Source: a virus. Taken from it: 64,000 bases of DNA. Made by a program: the position numbers and the translations under genes. Where the stretch lies: positions 1 through 64,000 of the IMG/VR virus record IMGVR_UViG_3300025423_000009; one strand, 5' to 3'. A model generated the notes under the pieces. It had not been told where the DNA came from and searched no databases. It saw nothing but the letters and a program-made list of their open reading frames with translations. Position 1 is the first letter of the stretch; each line of letters starts with the position of its first letter. Below, in pieces: positions 44,304 to 54,168 of the stretch.

Positions 44304-45698
44304 TTATACTTTGATGTTCGAGATTGATATGGCCTTGCGTCCCTTGTCCCAGGGCTTTGTTGTTTGAGATGTTGGACCGTCCGGCGTCGAGGATCCGATG
44401 ATGGTCTGACCCGAGTTGTTGACGTCATACAGTCGCATCTTGGATTTATCTACTCCGACAATGAAGCGCTTATTATTGGCCTTGTTATTGTATCGATTCT
44501 TGAGTTGCTTGATCAAGTATTGACCAAGCTTCTCGAGCTGCTCAGTCTCAGTCAACGAGAGCATGAAGTCCGCCGTGCCGGTCAGAGCGAATGAGTCCGC
44601 GATATCCGTCATCTCGGGATCAGATGAGTTCATGCCCATACGATTGACCTGCGTGGCCGTCCACAGAGGAACATTGAACTCGATGGCCAGACCACGAAGC
44701 TCCTCGGACACGGCCTTCACGAATGAATTTGTGTTCACGGCCGTCGACAGTCCCTTCACACGAGCCGACGAGCAGATGCCGATGTAGTCAACGAATATGA
44801 CTTCTGGAATGAAGTTTCTCTTCAATTTAAGCTCATTGAGGAGAGCTCGAAAGTGACCGGAATGTGCGGCCGCCGTAGGATACTCCTTGATGATCAGCTT
44901 GCCATGAGTCTTGGCCGCGATCTTTTTGACCTTGGACTCGAAGACATCGCGTGGTAACTCTTCTACCTGTTCCAGAGGAACGTCGAAAAGATTGGCATCG
45001 ATGCGTTCGGCGATGCGTTCTTCCGACATCTCGAGCGTGATGTAGAGCACATTCTTGCCCTGTGAGAGATATGATGCGGCCAGATGACAGAGTACCAAAC
45101 TTTTGCCCACATTCACACCAGCCATAACGATGTTCAGCGTCTTCTTGGGAACACCACCACGAGTGATCGCATTCAGCATCTCGATGTCGAATGGCATACG
45201 AGATTCCTTTTTGTGATAGTACTCGTATCGCTGAGGAGCATTCTCGACGTAGTCATGACCGACGTTGGTATCGAACGTGACCGACAATGCCTTCTGCAGA
45301 ATGTTGGGAATCATTCCCGGAGCCGTGTCCTTGCGTTTACCATCGATGATCGCGATCGATTCCATGACGGCCAGAAAGACCGCACGTTCCTGACACCACT
45401 TCTCGGTCTGATGAATCAGCCAATCGTGATCAACCTTCTCAGGTGTAATCAACTCTCGAATGACCTCGGCCGCATGATTTCGAGTCTCCAGCGATCCCTT
45501 GGTCGAAGATTCGAGCTCGATGGTCAATGCCGGAGAAGTCGGAATCTTGTTGTACTTGAGAATGAAGTCGAGGATGAGCTCGTAAGCCACTCGTTCTCCA
45601 CCCTCGAAGTACTCGGGCTTCACGTGAGGCATTGCCTTGCGACAGTATGCCTCATCGTTCACAAACGTCTTAAGAATCAGTCTCTGTAAGTTTTCCAT
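44304..45698 (-). CDS. 41: Replicative DNA helicase gp41
   Basis: [56 protein letters not shown]. Confidence 0.97.
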   Translation of the reverse strand: MENLQRLILKTFVNDEAYCRKAMPHVKPEYFEGGERVAYELILDFILKYNKIPTSPALTIELESSTKGSLETRNHAAEVIRELITPEKVDHDWLIHQTEKWCQERAVFLAVMESIAIIDGKRKDTAPGMIPNILQKALSVTFDTNVGHDYVENAPQRYEYYHKKESRMPFDIEMLNAITRGGVPKKTLNIVMAGVNVGKSLVLCHLAASYLSQGKNVLYITLEMSEERIAERIDANLFDVPLEQVEELPRDVFESKVKKIAAKTHGKLIIKEYPTAAAHSGHFRALLNELKLKRNFIPEVIFVDYIGICSSARVKGLSTAVNTNSFVKAVSEELRGLAIEFNVPLWTATQVNRMGMNSSDPEMTDIADSFALTGTADFMLSLTETEQLEKLGQYLIKQLKNRYNNKANNKRFIVGVDKSKMRLYDVNNSGQTIIGSSTPDGPTSQTTKPWDKGRKAISISNIKV

Positions 45699-46000
45699 TA
45701 TATTCTTTCTTGCCAATCTTCGATCCGGGACTCAGCAGAATCTCTCTAAGAATGTCGCCGGCATGTTGATGAAACTTCAAATCATTCATGAACTTAGTGT
45801 TATGAAGGATCGTGTAGTTGAACGATAGCTTGGCCACTCCAAGCTCGGGATCTTCAGTGACTCGTACCCAGTCGTAACTGTACACGGTTCCCTTGAAGGG
45901 TCCGGTCAGTAATTCTATCACGGCATTGGTGTCTTGTACAGTCTGAAAGAAACCAATGCGATAGTCGACGTCCTCAATCGGATTCGTCTTCAGCCCCAGA
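45670..46000 (-). CDS. 40: gp40-like protein between uvsX and 41 (start uncertain)
   Basis: IELL.GPFKGTVYSY..V, LSFNY.I, AGDIL.EIL; T4 synteny uvsX-40-41. Confidence 0.55.
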
Positions 46001-47044
46001 GCTCTTGCGAGTAGCAAGCATCTCTTTGTGGCCCATTGCATAACGATTCTTAACATATTCTTTGAAGTCGGTCTTCTCGTAGATGGTGTTCCAAAATGAA
46101 TCATCGAAGGTCTGATCGGCACGAAGCTTCTTGCTCAGGTCCTTCTTGCTCTTTGGATCATGTGCGACATACCATCCAACTTGAGGCTTGAGCACGTATC
46201 CGCCGTCGACGGCAATATCAAGCAAACCGGAATTGCGTTCGATACCGCCTTCCCAAGACACGGAGATCGGAATCTTGGACTTCTCACGGACGAAGCGTGA
46301 CTTCTCGACGTTGATGTTGAAGTGATAGCCCTTCATCTCATCTCCGTCTTTGTCCTGAGAACGCCCGATGATCCATGCCGTATCGGCGGAATATACTATT
46401 CCAGTGCCACCCGATATGACAGGTTTCGAATACATCTCCTGTGTCATGTAGATGTGTGCGATTCCGATAAGAGGAATGTCTTTCAAAGATAGCATCGGAG
46501 TGACCATGCGGAACAAACCCTTGAGCGCCTTGGCTCGAGTCATGTCGGCTACGGACTTCTCATTGATCGCATCCTCGATTTCTTTCTTTGAGGCTAAATT
46601 GCCGATCGAGTCGATCATGATGATGACCTTGTCACCACGATTGATGTTTTGAAGCTGAGATACCAGATCGAACTTAAGCTCTTCGATATTCGTGATGGGA
46701 GTATGAAGAACACGCGAAGTGTCGATACCAAACGAGGTGAAGTAGGCCTGTGGAGATCCGAACTCGGAGTCATAGAACATGCACACGGCATCTGAATGCT
46801 GCTTCAAGTACGAAGCGACCATGAGCAGACCGAAGCTCGTCTTGAAGTGTTTGGATGGACCGGCCAGAACCGTGAGGCCAGAAGTGAGGCCTCCATCGAT
46901 AGAACCCGAAAGGGCCACGTTAATCATGGGCACTTCGGTTCGAGTGAACTCTTTCGTGCCGAATAGTTTCGAGTCGGCCATGACTTCGGCACCGTCGATC
47001 TTGGATGCTTTCTTGAGACGTTCGAGTAATGATGTTGATGACAT
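45974..47044 (-). CDS. uvsX: RecA-like recombinase UvsX
   Basis: LAGPSKHFKT, FYDSEFG, IDSIGNLASKKE, DMTRAK, SGG.G..YSAD, KSRFV.EKSKIP. Confidence 0.97.
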   Translation of the reverse strand: MSSTSLLERLKKASKIDGAEVMADSKLFGTKEFTRTEVPMINVALSGSIDGGLTSGLTVLAGPSKHFKTSFGLLMVASYLKQHSDAVCMFYDSEFGSPQAYFTSFGIDTSRVLHTPITNIEELKFDLVSQLQNINRGDKVIIMIDSIGNLASKKEIEDAINEKSVADMTRAKALKGLFRMVTPMLSLKDIPLIGIAHIYMTQEMYSKPVISGGTGIVYSADTAWIIGRSQDKDGDEMKGYHFNINVEKSRFVREKSKIPISVSWEGGIERNSGLLDIAVDGGYVLKPQVGWYVAHDPKSKKDLSKKLRADQTFDDSFWNTIYEKTDFKEYVKNRYAMGHKEMLATRKSSGAEDESD

Positions 47045-47047
47045 AAA

Positions 47048-47224
47048 TTATTTTTTCTTGGATGATGTGATGATTACTTCATGATTTTCTTCAAGCGTGT
47101 CGGACACTAAATTGATGACCAATTCCGGAGTTACGATAGAACACCAGTCATTCTCTTCATCTTCACAGAAGTCTGAAACTTTCTTCATGTAAAGCTCATA
47201 TAGTTTCTTTCGATCGATCTTCAT
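47048..47224 (-). CDS. Hypothetical protein
   Basis: MKIDRKKLYELY...; promoter TGTACA..TATATT upstream. Confidence 0.5.
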   Translation of the reverse strand: MKIDRKKLYELYMKKVSDFCEDEENDWCSIVTPELVINLVSDTLEENHEVIITSSKKK

Positions 47225-47266
47225 TGTTTGTTTAATATAAACCACTCCAATTTGTTTGTACAGCTA

Positions 47267-48466
47267 TTAAGAAAAGAATGTTTCCAGAGAAGAAGCGTTC
47301 TCGATGCGATCGTGATGATTATCCTGAATCACAAAGTCGGAATTGACGAAGTCAAGTTTACCCTCCAGATACTTTCGAACCATGCGAGCCGGATGACGAG
47401 CCGTAGTAACCGGAACGTTCTGACAGACATGATTAAGATTGCGCAGAGGATTCAGAAGCTGAAAGTCCAGAGGCATCTTCATGATGGAGAGGACTTCGCG
47501 GACATTGAGGAATCGATCCTCGCAATGATGAGTCAGATGCGTGGGCATGTGACCGACAAAGGCACCGATGACTCCACATGGAACCTCGATCTGCTTGCGC
47601 ATGATGTTGCCTCCCATGCCAAGCTTCAGATGCATGGTTTTGCATCTTTCGGCGTGCTTGGAGAAGCCATTACGAGCCATCCATTCGGAGACTTTCATGT
47701 AGTCGTGTCCGGATGATTCGATCGTTCGAAGGACATTGATCGTTCGTGTTAGCGACTCAGTATACTGACGATGTGACATGCCGCCGAGAATTTCCTCGAG
47801 CAGGTAACGGTAATAAGGATCTTGAGAAGGTACTTTTTCATTGGCTAAAATCTGAAACATCGGATCGTTTTTGGCGCAGCGTTTGGCCAGATCAATCGTC
47901 TCCTCGATACGTTCGGATTTAGCATTCTTGTCCGTGTACTCGAGGAGAGGAACACGATCCTTCTCCTTCCAGAAGAAGTAGAACGTGCGTTCGCGAACCT
48001 GAGAGAGTCCATGAAGGCGAGAGGCCGTACGAAAGATGGAGAACGTGTATCCGTTCTTGTGCCCAATCTTGCGAAGGCGATCAACGACCGGCTGACCAAG
48101 CTTGGACGACAATCGCGGCGCATTCTCACCCCACATAACACGAGGACGAACGTTCTCGAGCACGTACTCCGCCGAGCGGTACATCCACTCATTCATCTTG
48201 GAATTTGAAGCCGCGGATTGTGATAGAGAAGAGAGTCCGCTACATGGACAGACCGTGTTGACCACATCAACCGAGTGTGAATGCTTCTGACCCTGATCGA
48301 GTAGAAAGTATGGCACCTCGTTATTGTAGTAGTTGAGTAGATGAGCGTCATTGTCCTTGAATGGAGAGAACGAGAGGATGTAGTCCGGTCGAGTATTGTC
48401 GAACTCGAGTTGCTGAGCGATGGTCTCTCCGCCGATTAGAGGAACTATGGATGCGTGTTTAATCAT
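47267..48466 (-). CDS. C5-cytosine DNA methyltransferase-like protein (atypical motif I)
   Basis: Motif IV CPCSGLS, VI ENAP, VIII QVRER.F, IX LNVRE...M..P, X QNVP; motif I reads IVPLIGG. Confidence 0.75.
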   Translation of the reverse strand: MIKHASIVPLIGGETIAQQLEFDNTRPDYILSFSPFKDNDAHLLNYYNNEVPYFLLDQGQKHSHSVDVVNTVCPCSGLSSLSQSAASNSKMNEWMYRSAEYVLENVRPRVMWGENAPRLSSKLGQPVVDRLRKIGHKNGYTFSIFRTASRLHGLSQVRERTFYFFWKEKDRVPLLEYTDKNAKSERIEETIDLAKRCAKNDPMFQILANEKVPSQDPYYRYLLEEILGGMSHRQYTESLTRTINVLRTIESSGHDYMKVSEWMARNGFSKHAERCKTMHLKLGMGGNIMRKQIEVPCGVIGAFVGHMPTHLTHHCEDRFLNVREVLSIMKMPLDFQLLNPLRNLNHVCQNVPVTTARHPARMVRKYLEGKLDFVNSDFVIQDNHHDRIENASSLETFFS

Positions 48467-49581
48467 GCAAAGAATTCTTCGAGGATAGTCGTGTGATTGT
48501 TCATATCTGATTTATTCATCTTCTTCAGAGACTTTTTCTTGTCCGGCACTGGAAATTCAGACGTACCATTCCAGTGAGGATAGAACTCTCGAGAGAGGTG
48601 AATCGAATGAGGTTTCTCCATGTATTTGAAATCGAGCTCTCCCTTGGAGTTTAGAAGGTAATCGGTCCAACGAATGAAGCGAATCCCTCTACCTTTACAA
48701 AGATTTTCAAGATCTCGATTAAATACTCTGCGAATATCATCTCTTTGTTGCCAAGAACCCCAGAAAGGTTTGCCTTTATAGTAACCAGTCTTAGGAAGCT
48801 TACGTGACTCATTTTCAATTGGAAGGAGTTCATAGACTGATTTGTTTTTAATAGATAATGCATCTACGGCTTGCACATATCTTTTGGCCAATGAAGTAGC
48901 ATTTTCAAAGGCATCACCCTCGATGCGGCACAGATGATGGCGCACGTCGATGTTGCCAAAGTAACACTCTATAGATGATACCCTATCAAGGCTCGTGAAT
49001 TCATCGATGAACGTATTCAGGCCAGTGTTCAGAGCGCCGTTCAGAGTCTTGAACGGCACGGAGTTCACGGTCCATCCCGGTCGATGCATGCAGATGGCAT
49101 GAGAGTCTCCAATGACGATCTTGTCCGTGACGTGTGGAAAGCGAACTCGAGTCGACTCGAGGCGCATGCGCTTGAGATTCGCCAGATCCGTCTCGAGCCA
49201 TTCGGGCTGAATCTCCTTGGAGTTCTTTCGAGCATTCTCGATGCGTTCGGCAATCATCTCATCGATGGCCGGAAAGTCAACGGCCAGAGAGTACACCTTC
49301 CCTCTGAACTTCGAGAAGTTACGAATGTTCCATGCATATGGAAAGGATTGAACTCCGCCAAAGAGGTTCAGTGTACCGGTCCAATCGGAACCCCAATACA
49401 CATACACAACATCATACTCATTATGATCTTCATGGGCATTACCGGCCCAATTGACGTCAACGCGATCATACTTGCCGGTCTGACGAATCTGATCCGCGTA
49501 GATGACGCCTTGTGCGGATCGATGGGATGCCAGACGAGGAACTATCGGAATGAAGGGTGCGGTTACAAGAGCTTTCATCAT
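48463..49581 (-). CDS. Two-domain protein with C-terminal SGNH hydrolase/acyltransferase
   Basis: IVIGDSH (block I), YFGNID (block III), HSIHLS (block V); sigma70-like promoter at 49586-49616. Confidence 0.65.
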   Translation of the reverse strand: MMKALVTAPFIPIVPRLASHRSAQGVIYADQIRQTGKYDRVDVNWAGNAHEDHNEYDVVYVYWGSDWTGTLNLFGGVQSFPYAWNIRNFSKFRGKVYSLAVDFPAIDEMIAERIENARKNSKEIQPEWLETDLANLKRMRLESTRVRFPHVTDKIVIGDSHAICMHRPGWTVNSVPFKTLNGALNTGLNTFIDEFTSLDRVSSIECYFGNIDVRHHLCRIEGDAFENATSLAKRYVQAVDALSIKNKSVYELLPIENESRKLPKTGYYKGKPFWGSWQQRDDIRRVFNRDLENLCKGRGIRFIRWTDYLLNSKGELDFKYMEKPHSIHLSREFYPHWNGTSEFPVPDKKKSLKKMNKSDMNNHTTILEEFFA

Positions 49582-49600
49582 GTAAGTATTATATCGCACT

Positions 49601-50662
49601 TCAGACTTCTGTAAATTCCAAAGTAGCGCGATCGTAATTTTTATCCCAGAGACGACGCGTCGTGTGCCCATTCAGCACGACCTTGCCTTCCGGATGCTTG
49701 GCCAGATCGAAATCCATCGGAAAGATCCAATCATAAGGAATACGCTTCGTTGGATGTTTTACGCCATGATGGATAAAAATAGACTTTGCAAAAAAACATG
49801 ACTTATCCTCTACGTTCAGCATCTTCTGCGAAGTCATAGGATTGTCTGGATGCTCACAGAGGTAACTCATCTGAGAAAGCCACACGTTGGCCTGATGATT
49901 CTTTGGAACGAACTCGCCGTCCGCATCGATCTCATACTTCACCTTGCCGTTGACGTTCTCGAGGAAGATCTGATGCATGCCGTCGAAGTGTCCGGTGCCG
50001 CCGAAAAGGACAGACTCCGGATCGACGAGATGAGGATAGGCCATTGCGACGTATCGAGCCGTGTTCTTACACGGATAGAGCGGAGAACGAAAGTTTTGTT
50101 CCTTCTTGAAGTGAGCCTCGAGGATCTTGGCAAACTGCATCATCGTGTACCTCTTGCCGTTTGTAAGGTGATGATGCAGAGCATTCGCCGCTTTCAGCGG
50201 TCCAGTCAGGAGCCACTCCTTCACGTCCGTACCCTTGGGATAGTAGATCTGAAAGAGGTCCGAACGGGCATGGCGATTATGCTTGAAGTGTTCGCGAGTC
50301 TTATCGATGCCGTGGGTCATCAGATGAGTTAGAGTACCCCAATGCTCATTGGTAAACGAGAAGACGAGGGCGTACCAAAGACGATCACGAGAGTCTTTTA
50401 CTCCTGTCATGAGCTCCACGAAAGGATGTTCATGCCAATGAAGACGATGGGAGAAGATCTGATAGTCTTCTCGAAGGAGACGATCTTCTCGCTTATCAAA
50501 CTCTCGGCAGAATTCAAAGAACTTCTCGAGCCTCTCGTCTTGAGTCCACTCACGCATCCAAGAATCCGTAGGCTTACCGTCTTTCAATAGTACCTGCGTC
50601 GTATTTGGATACTCGATGTTGCGATAGGGAATGGATCCCTCGATGAAAGGCTCGAGACTCAT
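49601..50662 (-). CDS. Helical DNA-hypermodification enzyme (aGPT-Pplase / HMUDK-helical / amino acid:DNA transferase superfamily), paralog A
   Basis: Aligns by eye with paralog B (FGGTG..DG vs YGSNA..C; VEDKSC vs CEDVCC); sits in the modification cluster. Confidence 0.55.
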   Translation of the reverse strand: MSLEPFIEGSIPYRNIEYPNTTQVLLKDGKPTDSWMREWTQDERLEKFFEFCREFDKREDRLLREDYQIFSHRLHWHEHPFVELMTGVKDSRDRLWYALVFSFTNEHWGTLTHLMTHGIDKTREHFKHNRHARSDLFQIYYPKGTDVKEWLLTGPLKAANALHHHLTNGKRYTMMQFAKILEAHFKKEQNFRSPLYPCKNTARYVAMAYPHLVDPESVLFGGTGHFDGMHQIFLENVNGKVKYEIDADGEFVPKNHQANVWLSQMSYLCEHPDNPMTSQKMLNVEDKSCFFAKSIFIHHGVKHPTKRIPYDWIFPMDFDLAKHPEGKVVLNGHTTRRLWDKNYDRATLEFTEV

Positions 50663-50663
50663 G

Positions 50664-50888
50664 TTATTCGCGTTCTTCGACTGAATCGGCGATCTCGAGG
50701 AGCGAATCAGCGATCAGACGAGCCGCGCGAGGCTCGAACGTAAACGTCGTTACGTCTTCCTCGTTCTCGATGTACTTCAGCGTAACAAACCCCGGGGCCT
50801 GTTGATCCTGCTCGACGAGCCAATGATAGTAGCCGTGACAGTCACTGATTTTTACCGTTTTTTCCCGTGTGTATGTTTTGTTGCTCAT
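50664..50888 (-). CDS. Hypothetical protein
   Basis: 74-aa ORF. Confidence 0.5.
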   Translation of the reverse strand: MSNKTYTREKTVKISDCHGYYHWLVEQDQQAPGFVTLKYIENEEDVTTFTFEPRAARLIADSLLEIADSVEERE

Positions 50889-50940
50889 ATTGTTTATTGT
50901 TTTTTTTATCTCGATCCGAATTATTACTTATCTAGATAAA

Positions 50941-51141
50941 TTATAGGGTCTCATTTTTGAACAGAGATTTCAATCTTTTCCAAAACGACTTAAACCAAAA
51001 ATTTCTAATATGGCTACAAACAGGACAATACTCCAATTGATATTCAGCGGTATTAGTCCAGTGAAAGTGACGTTTTGAATGGTCACACGCGATTGATTGG
51101 GCTTCCATTGTTTTGTTAATATTTGTGTCTTTATCGTTCAT
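50941..51141 (-). CDS. Small hypothetical protein (AT-rich insert)
   Basis: CDH...YCPVC. Confidence 0.45.
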   Translation of the reverse strand: MNDKDTNINKTMEAQSIACDHSKRHFHWTNTAEYQLEYCPVCSHIRNFWFKSFWKRLKSLFKNETL

Positions 51142-51554
51142 TTTAGTAAATCCTTATTTTCAAATATGTTGCCAACCACCTCGAAATCGCACAAAACATC
51201 CACCATCGAATACCACCATGTATAATCTGCAGATTTGTATTTTCCAAAAGCAAACGCACAATCTTCAGATGAATACCACACCTCAGCATTTTTTACATTT
51301 TCGGCTTCAGGCCCATGAGTCATTCCATATTCAGTGAAATTTACAATATCACCTTCATATATCTCTTTACCATTTTTATCTTTGAGTCCTGTGTATTGTT
51401 GAATCACATAATCGCCATCATCAATATTGGATATTGTTATTTGATTGCCTGTGTGATGCCATAGTAATTGTCCACCACTACAGGAATAAAATGGAATATC
51501 CGTAAAATGTTTGGTGGTATTGCACCAGACTCTAAACTTAATTTCTCTATTCAT
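51138..51554 (-). CDS. YopX family protein
   Basis: MNREIKFR.W, QYTGLKDKNGKEIYEGDIV, EVVGNIFEN.DLL. Confidence 0.9.
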   Translation of the reverse strand: MNREIKFRVWCNTTKHFTDIPFYSCSGGQLLWHHTGNQITISNIDDGDYVIQQYTGLKDKNGKEIYEGDIVNFTEYGMTHGPEAENVKNAEVWYSSEDCAFAFGKYKSADYTWWYSMVDVLCDFEVVGNIFENKDLLK

Positions 51555-51562
51555 ATTTTATA

Positions 51563-52504
51563 TTATTCATTCCACATGCGACTGCGGTCCAGATCACCGA
51601 AGTCTTTCCACTTGCGCTGAGAGTTGATGCGCTTCACGTCAACCTTCGAGAGGTTGCGATTGATGTGAGCGTCCGAGCCGACATTGATGAATATCGCACC
51701 TGGCTTTCCGTCTTTGACGAATCCCTCCCATGCCTTGGCATCGTATGCGGCCGTGGACGGGAACGGCATAGTCTTGGCACACTTATGAGGAGTCAAAAAT
51801 GGCATCGTGGCCGAAACCACCTTGGCATCGCCGATCTCTCCCTTATGAATGTTTCGAGCCACGGCGACTCCATATGCTTGAGCCGTCGGCCATCCGATCT
51901 GCAATGCACGGACCATCGTGCCAGTAGAAACCGCACACCAGATTTCCGTGGGCTCATCGCCGATGATTTTTGTAATCGTATTGGCCATGTTGGCCAAGCC
52001 AGCCGTGACCATGGGGTTTCCGGTCAGACCAAATGGAAGGTATTGAGCATTGTTGGCCTCGGCCCACTTACGTGCATATGAGTTGAGAACCGGCATCGCG
52101 GCGATCTTGAAGAATCGAAGGTCTACATGTGAATACGCGGCCAGAGATCCTTGATGATTGGAAACTTCCGAGGATGCCGGACAGAAGAAGACGCACTTCT
52201 TACCATACATCTCCGCGAGCATCGCAATAGCATCCGGAGCATGACCCTGGCGAGGGGCGCAGTACACGAGCGTATCCTTATTCGTCTCGGCGATCACTCG
52301 CTCTCCGCCAAAGGCTTTTAGTCCACCTGGTGCCAGATCCGCGCGCAAAATGTACTTATCTCTAAAGCGTTCAACGATCGGCTCGGCGATCTTGGACTTA
52401 AACGTCCCCCAGATCTCCGCATAGTATTGTTTGGCCTCAGATCGAGACATGCCCATCGGAATATCCTTGTTGCTTCCATCCGTAACTATCGTATATGGTT
52501 TCAT
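51563..52504 (-). CDS. PLP-dependent enzyme (fold type II) of the type found in base-hypermodification clusters
   Basis: RADL.PGGLK (Schiff-base Lys), PRQGHA..AIA, WCAVSTG..., YDAKAW, FINVG. Confidence 0.8.
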   Translation of the reverse strand: MKPYTIVTDGSNKDIPMGMSRSEAKQYYAEIWGTFKSKIAEPIVERFRDKYILRADLAPGGLKAFGGERVIAETNKDTLVYCAPRQGHAPDAIAMLAEMYGKKCVFFCPASSEVSNHQGSLAAYSHVDLRFFKIAAMPVLNSYARKWAEANNAQYLPFGLTGNPMVTAGLANMANTITKIIGDEPTEIWCAVSTGTMVRALQIGWPTAQAYGVAVARNIHKGEIGDAKVVSATMPFLTPHKCAKTMPFPSTAAYDAKAWEGFVKDGKPGAIFINVGSDAHINRNLSKVDVKRINSQRKWKDFGDLDRSRMWNE

Positions 52505-52511
52505 GGTAAAA

Positions 52512-53720
52512 TTATTTAGTGGGGAACTTATCAGGCACTCCGATCCAGTCCTTGAAGTCAGAATGGGATTGAACAAGCTTGATGTAGGCCTGTGGAGTCA
52601 GATTGTTCGCCTTCAGCACCTCGTCGTAATAGAAGTTCTGTGTTGAATCGTTGAACGTCTTCACGAGGCCGAGCTTAAGCATAGGAAGCTGACGACCGTA
52701 CGGATGAATGATCTTCGTGGAACTGAATACTCGATCTCGATCGATCGTATTGTAGGCTTCTCCCAGGCGAACATACGATGTCACCCAACGAATGTAGTCA
52801 CAGCAAACATCTTCGCAATCGTAAGGCACACTGCCGGTATCTTTGCATGCCATCTCCATGACCGAGTCTAGAAAGTCTTCGGTCTTCATCTTCTTGAGGG
52901 GACGAGCCAGGTACGAGATACATTCGATCGCATTGGAACCATAGAAGAACATCGAGTCGCGAACGACGTATTGAGGATACCAGTCGGCGATGTCGGCCAC
53001 GATCGCCGCGTACTGAAAGTGATACTGTCTCAGGCCATTTCGCACGTTCCAGTCAAGCATGAAGCTTCCGATCTCTCGAAGAGTCTTCTTCTGACCCTTC
53101 ACGAGCCAATCGGCCAGATCTCGTGCCAGTCGTGGAGCATACTCACAAAGGAAGTAGTCTCCTCCACGTTTGTACTTCGATGAAGGCTTGGGAAACGCCG
53201 GAAACTGATAACCCACGGATGTGTAGAATGAGTTCGACTCATGACGGACCATCTCGCACATATCCTCGATCGTCTTGGCTCGATGAAGCTTGAAGAGGAG
53301 AGTGTTATGGTACCCCGAAGGTTTCTGAGCATAGTTGATGCCAGAACCACACACTCGATGAAGGATGAAGATGTAGAGCCATTCGGCCAGAGAGAAGTCA
53401 TCATGCTTTCCAATCCAGTCATGAGCCACTTGACTCCTCTGCTCGGTGATCATTCCGGCTTGCATCTTCTTCCAGTACGGATGACGATCGGTCCATCCAT
53501 AGAAGACGTCATTGACGATCTGAGAGAATCCGGCATACTTACGCTCGACGACGTCGTACAGTTCGACGTGTTCCATGAGATCATCACCCATCTTCGATTC
53601 TCGATGAGTCATCATTCCATATGGAGGCAGAGAGGAGACATTGCACTTGGTCTGTTGCTCTCGAGCCAGATCGTAATACCGCAGAAAGTCCTGATAGTAT
53701 GGAGTCGCTTCAATTTTCAT
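52512..53720 (-). CDS. Helical DNA-hypermodification enzyme (aGPT-Pplase/HMUDK superfamily), paralog B
   Basis: YDVVERKYAGFS, LHRVCGSG, YAAIVAD, YGSNA, EDVCCDYIRW; resembles the F.NV.R..D / Y....D / GPGA / E...CE..KY pattern. Confidence 0.6.
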   Translation of the reverse strand: MKIEATPYYQDFLRYYDLAREQQTKCNVSSLPPYGMMTHRESKMGDDLMEHVELYDVVERKYAGFSQIVNDVFYGWTDRHPYWKKMQAGMITEQRSQVAHDWIGKHDDFSLAEWLYIFILHRVCGSGINYAQKPSGYHNTLLFKLHRAKTIEDMCEMVRHESNSFYTSVGYQFPAFPKPSSKYKRGGDYFLCEYAPRLARDLADWLVKGQKKTLREIGSFMLDWNVRNGLRQYHFQYAAIVADIADWYPQYVVRDSMFFYGSNAIECISYLARPLKKMKTEDFLDSVMEMACKDTGSVPYDCEDVCCDYIRWVTSYVRLGEAYNTIDRDRVFSSTKIIHPYGRQLPMLKLGLVKTFNDSTQNFYYDEVLKANNLTPQAYIKLVQSHSDFKDWIGVPDKFPTK

Positions 53721-54168
53721 AATATTGAATCCAATCGTATTCAATTCCGGCTTCCGCAAAGAGTTCTTTAGTAAAGTCACATGACTTAATCCATTGCTCG
53801 GCCACGATCTGTCGTGGAACGACCACGCGTTTAATACCAACCTGAATGATTCCCTTGGCACATTCAGAGCAAATTGGTAAGCCAGTGGCATAGAGAGTTG
53901 CTCCTTTCAGAGAAACACCATGTTCGACCGCGTTGTAGATCGCATTCATCTCGCCATGAACAATATACTTGTATTTGACTTCACGAACATTTAGACGATC
54001 TGGATTATCCTCAATTCCACTAGGAAAGCCATTGTAGCCAGTAGACAAAATCTTTCGATCTCGAACAACAACCGCTCCAATACGAGTCGATGGATCTTTG
54101 GACCATGATGCGACTTGTCGAGCCATGTCCAAAAATCTTATGTCCCATTTGTCGACTTCAGTTTGCAT
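53710..54168 (-). CDS. cd: dCMP deaminase
   Basis: SKDPST.IGAV, GYNGFP.G, HGEMNAI, PICSECAK.IIQ.GI. Confidence 0.95.
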   Translation of the reverse strand: MQTEVDKWDIRFLDMARQVASWSKDPSTRIGAVVVRDRKILSTGYNGFPSGIEDNPDRLNVREVKYKYIVHGEMNAIYNAVEHGVSLKGATLYATGLPICSECAKGIIQVGIKRVVVPRQIVAEQWIKSCDFTKELFAEAGIEYDWIQYYEN

